DNA from: an uncultured Bacilli bacterium
GTDB lineage: Bacteria > Bacillota_I > Bacilli_A > RF39 > UBA660
NCBI GenBank assembly: GCA_934120015.1
Contig: CAKOTD010000002.1
Coordinates: 43,770 to 107,769 of the forward strand
Direction: 5' to 3'
DNA length: 64,000 nt
In this document: piece by piece, positions 60,481 to 64,000 of the stretch
Layout of the letters: every line of letters starts with the position of its first letter
How positions within the stretch are numbered: position 1 is the first letter of the stretch
Made by a program: the position numbers and the translations under genes
Notes under the pieces: model-generated
What the model was told of the DNA's origin: nothing
What the model saw: only the letters and a program-made list of their open reading frames with translations
The model's database searches: none

Positions 60481-60506
60481 AACTGAGAATCTCAGTTTTA
60501 TTTTTC
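60481..60506. terminator. Bidirectional rho-independent terminator (AACTGAGA-atc-TCAGTT + T-run) shared by convergent mfd and the pyrophosphatase gene
   Basis: 7–8 bp perfect stem directly after the mfd stop, followed by TTTATTTTTC. Confidence 0.7.
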
Positions 60507-62117
60507 TAATTCATTAAGTAGGTTAGGTAGCATTTGTTTTTTTCTTGAAACAAATCCCGGTAAATATGTCATTTGAGTAGCGTCTTTTAAATTATATGCT
60601 TTTTCTACTAATTCCTTACTATTTGTATTATGAATTAAATATGATCCATTATTTATAATATCAGTTATAAATAATGCAATTGCTGTATAATCTTCATTTT
60701 CACATACTTCATCAAGCATCTTTACAAATTCATCAATATCTTTTTTGATATCATCAACATCCATTGTAAAGATTTGTCCAATACCAAGTTTTTTATTGTT
60801 GATAGTAAATTTTTTAAAGTCATTGTATAAAATATCAGTTTTACTCATTCCTTCAAGTGAAGATCCTGCTTTAAACATTTGCATTCCATAAGAACTATAA
60901 TCAACATTTGCAATTTGTGCTAATTCTTTTACTGCATTTCTATCCATGTCTGTTGTTGTAGGGGACATAAGAATTAATGTATCAGAAATAATTCCAGATA
61001 GCATTAATCCAGCAATTTCCTTAGGTATTTCCACTTTGCGTTCTTTGTACATATTATAAATAATAGTACATGAGCTACCTACAGGCATATTTCTGAAATT
61101 GATAGGATTGGAAGTTCCTATAGAACCAATGTTGTGATGATCGATAATTTCAATAATTTCAGCTTCATTTAGTCCATCAACACTTTGTTCAACTGAATTA
61201 TGATCAACAAGAATAACTTTCTTTTTATTTTGATCGGCAATATCAGCTAATCTAAGTAATCCAAGGCATTCATTGTTTTTATTGATTACTGGATAATTTG
61301 AATATTTTGTTTTATTTGCTAAATCAATAAAATTATTTACTGTGTCATTTTCATCAAAGCTAAGTACATTTTTTGTTAAGGTTATTGTCTTAACATAGTT
61401 GCATGCATTAATTAGTTTAACAACTTTAAATGTATCAAAACTTGTTTGAATAATGTTAATTTTCTTCTTTTTAGCAGTTTCTAAATGTGAAGGTTTAATT
61501 TCTCCATCTTTTGAGATGATAATTAATTTTACTCCGCATTCAATTGCATACTCAATAATGCTATGTCTATCTCCAACTATCAAGATATCATTACTTGTTA
61601 GTTTAATATTTTGAATAAATGTAGTACTTTTAAGAAGTGCTACTACGATATTTCCATTAATTTCTTCATCAAATTTAGTGGTACTTTTGCCATTTAATGT
61701 TTGAGCAATGTTGTCATATGATGTACATAATTTTTCATTGCCATCACTTAATTCATTTTTAGCAATATCTTTCATTGAAACAAGCCCTACTAGATTTTTT
61801 TCATCGTTAACAACTGGAATCATTGTAAAATTCATTTTATTCATATAATTAAAAGCTTCGTTAATAGAGTCTTTTTCATTAATGTAAATATCTTTTTTAT
61901 ATCTTATATCCTTAATTTGCAATTTTACATCATTTAAAAATGTAGGAAGTTTTGTATTAAATTGTTCCAATACAAATTTTGTTTCTTTATTTATTTCTCC
62001 TAGAACAGCTGGGATAGTATTATCATTTAATTTATTTTTTAGATATGATAGTGAAATAGCTGCGGTAACACTATCTGTATCTGGATTTTTATGTCCAAAT
62101 ATATAAGTTTTTTCCAT
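60498..62117 (-). CDS. ppaC: Manganese-dependent inorganic pyrophosphatase, family II (DHH) with inserted CBS-domain pair
   Basis: Begins 'MEKTYIFGHKNPDTDSVTAAIS' (DHH N-terminus), has central CBS-like segments and a C-terminal DHHA2 domain. The ORF-track N-terminal 79 aa are read-through; the real start is the ATG at 62117, preceded by an AGGAG SD. Confidence 0.85.
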   Translation of the reverse strand: MEKTYIFGHKNPDTDSVTAAISLSYLKNKLNDNTIPAVLGEINKETKFVLEQFNTKLPTFLNDVKLQIKDIRYKKDIYINEKDSINEAFNYMNKMNFTMIPVVNDEKNLVGLVSMKDIAKNELSDGNEKLCTSYDNIAQTLNGKSTTKFDEEINGNIVVALLKSTTFIQNIKLTSNDILIVGDRHSIIEYAIECGVKLIIISKDGEIKPSHLETAKKKKINIIQTSFDTFKVVKLINACNYVKTITLTKNVLSFDENDTVNNFIDLANKTKYSNYPVINKNNECLGLLRLADIADQNKKKVILVDHNSVEQSVDGLNEAEIIEIIDHHNIGSIGTSNPINFRNMPVGSSCTIIYNMYKERKVEIPKEIAGLMLSGIISDTLILMSPTTTDMDRNAVKELAQIANVDYSSYGMQMFKAGSSLEGMSKTDILYNDFKKFTINNKKLGIGQIFTMDVDDIKKDIDEFVKMLDEVCENEDYTAIALFITDIINNGSYLIHNTNSKELVEKAYNLKDATQMTYLPGFVSRKKQMLPNLLNELEK

Positions 62118-62226
62118 GTATAATCTCCTTTCAAAAAAACACAAGCATATTATAACATATTTTTGGAAAAATTTAGTATAAATTAAACATTTTAAAACAA
62201 AATAAAGATTAGAAAGTGAGGTTACT

Positions 62227-62742
62227 ATGAAGGCAACTGGTGTAGTACGAAGAATAGATGAACTTGGAAGAATTGTTATACCAAAAGAACTAAGAAAAAA
62301 CTTACACATAAAAGAAGGAGAAAATATTGAAATATATACTAATGAAAATGACAATATAATACTTAAAAAATTTTCCTCATTAAAAAAAATAGTTGATTTT
62401 GCAGATATAATTGCCGAATCTATATATAGTGTTACTAAATATAATACATTAATTTTTGATAATGATTCTGTTGTTGCTTATGCAGGAAAAACTAAAAAAG
62501 ATTATCAAAATAAGTATATAGGAGATTTTCTATTAAATAATTTAGAATTTAAACTAACAAAGGAAAAAGAAAAAATAGCAATTGTAAATGATAGGGAGGA
62601 TGAAGTTTATTATAATGCAAAGAAAATAAGTAATGGTAAAGATAAAATAGGAGGTATTATTGTATTTTCTAGTGAAAAAGAGGTAAATATTGGTCAAACT
62701 ATTGACATTATTTGTGCTTTTTTTGAAAATTATCTTGAATAG
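62227..62742 (+). CDS. spoVT: Stage V sporulation protein T (AbrB-type N-domain + GAF-like C-domain)
   Basis: 'MKATGVVRRIDELGRIVIPKELRKNL' is the SpoVT/AbrB swapped-hairpin domain. At 171 aa and located after mfd, it matches B. subtilis spoVT. Confidence 0.85.
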   Translation: MKATGVVRRIDELGRIVIPKELRKNLHIKEGENIEIYTNENDNIILKKFSSLKKIVDFADIIAESIYSVTKYNTLIFDNDSVVAYAGKTKKDYQNKYIGDFLLNNLEFKLTKEKEKIAIVNDREDEVYYNAKKISNGKDKIGGIIVFSSEKEVNIGQTIDIICAFFENYLE

Positions 62743-62799
62743 ATATTACATATATGTTAAAATATATACATTAAATACAGTGAAGAAAAGAATTTTAAG

Positions 62800-62995
62800 C
62801 TTTTATTTAAAGAGAGTTTGTGTTTGGTGGGAGCAAATAATAATACTTAAAATAGATGGTTTTGGATTGTAGTCTAATCGAAATGTAGGTTAGAACGTAG
62901 GGTGAGTGCGTTAAACGAAAGAGATATAGTTTTTACTATAAATTAAGGTGGTACCACGCAAAAAGCGTCCTTATATAGGACGTTTTTTTGTATTT
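62800..62995 (+). promoter_or_regulatory. T-box riboswitch leader with intrinsic terminator, upstream of metG
   Basis: The conserved T-box sequence 'AATTAAGGTGGTACCACG' (62941–62958) is followed by the terminator AGCGTCC-ttatata-GGACGTTTTTTT, and the downstream gene is an aminoacyl-tRNA synthetase. Confidence 0.75.
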
Positions 62996-63042
62996 TATAG
63001 TGACTATACATATAATTAATATAGTTTAAGGAGGAATTTAAA

Positions 63043-64000
63043 TGGAAAAAACTTTTTATATTTCGACATCAATAGCTTATGCATCAGGAAAACCACATAT
63101 AGGAAATACTTATGAAGTTGTACTTGCAGATGCAATTGCTAGATATAAACGTCTAACAGGTTATGATGTATATTTTCAGACTGGAACAGATGAGCATGGA
63201 GAAAAAATTGAGAAGAAAGCTCAGGAAGCAGGAATGAATCCTCAAGAATATGTAGATGAAATTTCTCTAACTGTGAGAAGATTATGGGATGCAATGAATA
63301 TAAGTTATGATAAGTTTGTAAGAACTACAAATGTAAATCATATGGAAACTGTTCAAAAAATATTTACAAAACTTTATAATCAAGGTGATATATATAAAGG
63401 TAAATATGAAGGACTTTATTGTACGCCTTGTGAATCATTTTGGACTGAAACACAATTAATAGATGGAAAATGTCCTGATTGTGGTAGAGAAGTAAATAAG
63501 GCCAGTGAAGATGCTTATTTCTTAAAATTAAGTAACTATACAGATAAATTAATTGAATATATTGAGAGTCATCCTGATTTTATAGAGCCAGAAAGTAGAA
63601 AAAATGAGATGATGAACAATTTTATCAAACCAGGTTTACAGGATTTATGCATATCAAGATCATCTTTCGATTGGGGAATACCTGTTCCTATAGATGAAGG
63701 TCATGTTATTTATGTTTGGCTTGATGCTCTTACAAACTATATTACTTTTTTAGGATATGATCCAGATTTGAAGGAAAGTTTTTCAAAGTATTGGCCAGCT
63801 GATATACATTTAATTGGAAAAGATATCTTACGCTTTCATACAATTTATTGGCCCATTATATTAATGGCACTTGATTTACCCCTACCAAAAAAAATATTTG
63901 GACACCCATGGCTTTTATTTGGAAATGATAAAATGAGTAAATCAAAAGGAAATATTGTATATGCAGATGATTTATCTAATGTTTTTGGCTTAGATGCTGT
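63043..64000 (+). CDS. metG: Methionine--tRNA ligase (5' part; continues beyond window)
   Basis: The N-terminus 'ISTSIAYASGKPHIGNTYEVVLADAIARY' carries the HIGH motif (HIGN), and 'CPDCG' zinc-knuckle remnants are present. Confidence 0.93.

Noticed and set aside
60498-62354. ORF-track 618-aa protein with a hydrophobic 79-aa N-terminal extension
   Set aside because: The extension is read-through of the upstream non-coding region. The conserved pyrophosphatase N-terminus (MEKTYIFGHKNPDTD) with its SD begins at 62117.
62690-62872. 60-aa ORF after spoVT
   Set aside because: It overlaps the spoVT 3' end and extends into the T-box leader, so it is most likely non-coding.
1-64000. Searched for CRISPR arrays, rRNA operons and tRNA genes
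   Set aside because: There are no regularly spaced short direct repeats, no rRNA-like conserved stretches and no cloverleaf-sized conserved segments. B. subtilis has rrnO after gyrA, but that position here holds the parS array instead.

Overview
This window is an AT-rich (roughly 25–28% GC), standard-genetic-code Firmicutes chromosome segment centred on the replication origin. The gene order is strongly syntenic with the Bacillus subtilis origin region. On the minus strand it runs spoIIR, rlmH, walJ-like, M23/LysM peptidase, dnaB, rplI, a DHH phosphoesterase, then whiA, yvcK, trxB, lgt, uvrB, and further along parB, rsmG, mnmG, mnmE, jag, yidC, rnpA and rpmH. On the plus strand it runs the first oriC DnaA-box cluster, dnaA, a second DnaA-box cluster with an AT-rich unwinding element, dnaN, comK, recF, gyrB, gyrA, a short SRP RNA, tadA, dnaX, ybaB, recR, bofA, holB, ricT, yabB, rsmI, pth, mfd, spoVT, a T-box leader and metG (partial). 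The sporulation genes present (spoIIR, spoVT, bofA, whiA, ricT) point to an endospore-former. No rRNA, tRNA or CRISPR array was seen. Features not explained by the conserved backbone:
1. Five perfect copies of the 16-bp ParB-binding palindrome TGTTTCACGTGAAACA (parS) lie within about 1 kb downstream of gyrA and bracket two unannotated small ORFs. This looks like a centromere-like parS array.
2. The only ParB-family protein is an orphan with no adjacent parA (soj) or noc. It carries a roughly 330-residue disordered, acidic, N/Q-rich C-terminal extension.
3. A ~5.8-kb integrative element (16427–22199) is bounded by 65-bp imperfect direct repeats that contain a terminator hairpin. It encodes two overlapping arm-type tyrosine integrases, a putative MFS transporter and a Nudix–PHP fusion protein.
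4. A recognisable comK homologue sits between dnaN and recF, the slot normally held by yaaA/rlbA.
5. An accessory block at 22.2–30.8 kb holds a collagen-like protein with internal repeats, a hypothetical protein, two large K/N-rich HExxH proteins, a small partner ORF and an MtaD-type amidohydrolase.
6. A three-gene secreted and membrane cluster (6217–9846) contains an 838-aa Cys-rich exported protein of unknown function.
7. Two extra genes (an HD-domain protein and a membrane-anchored 144-aa protein) are inserted into the otherwise conserved jag–mnmE–mnmG operon.
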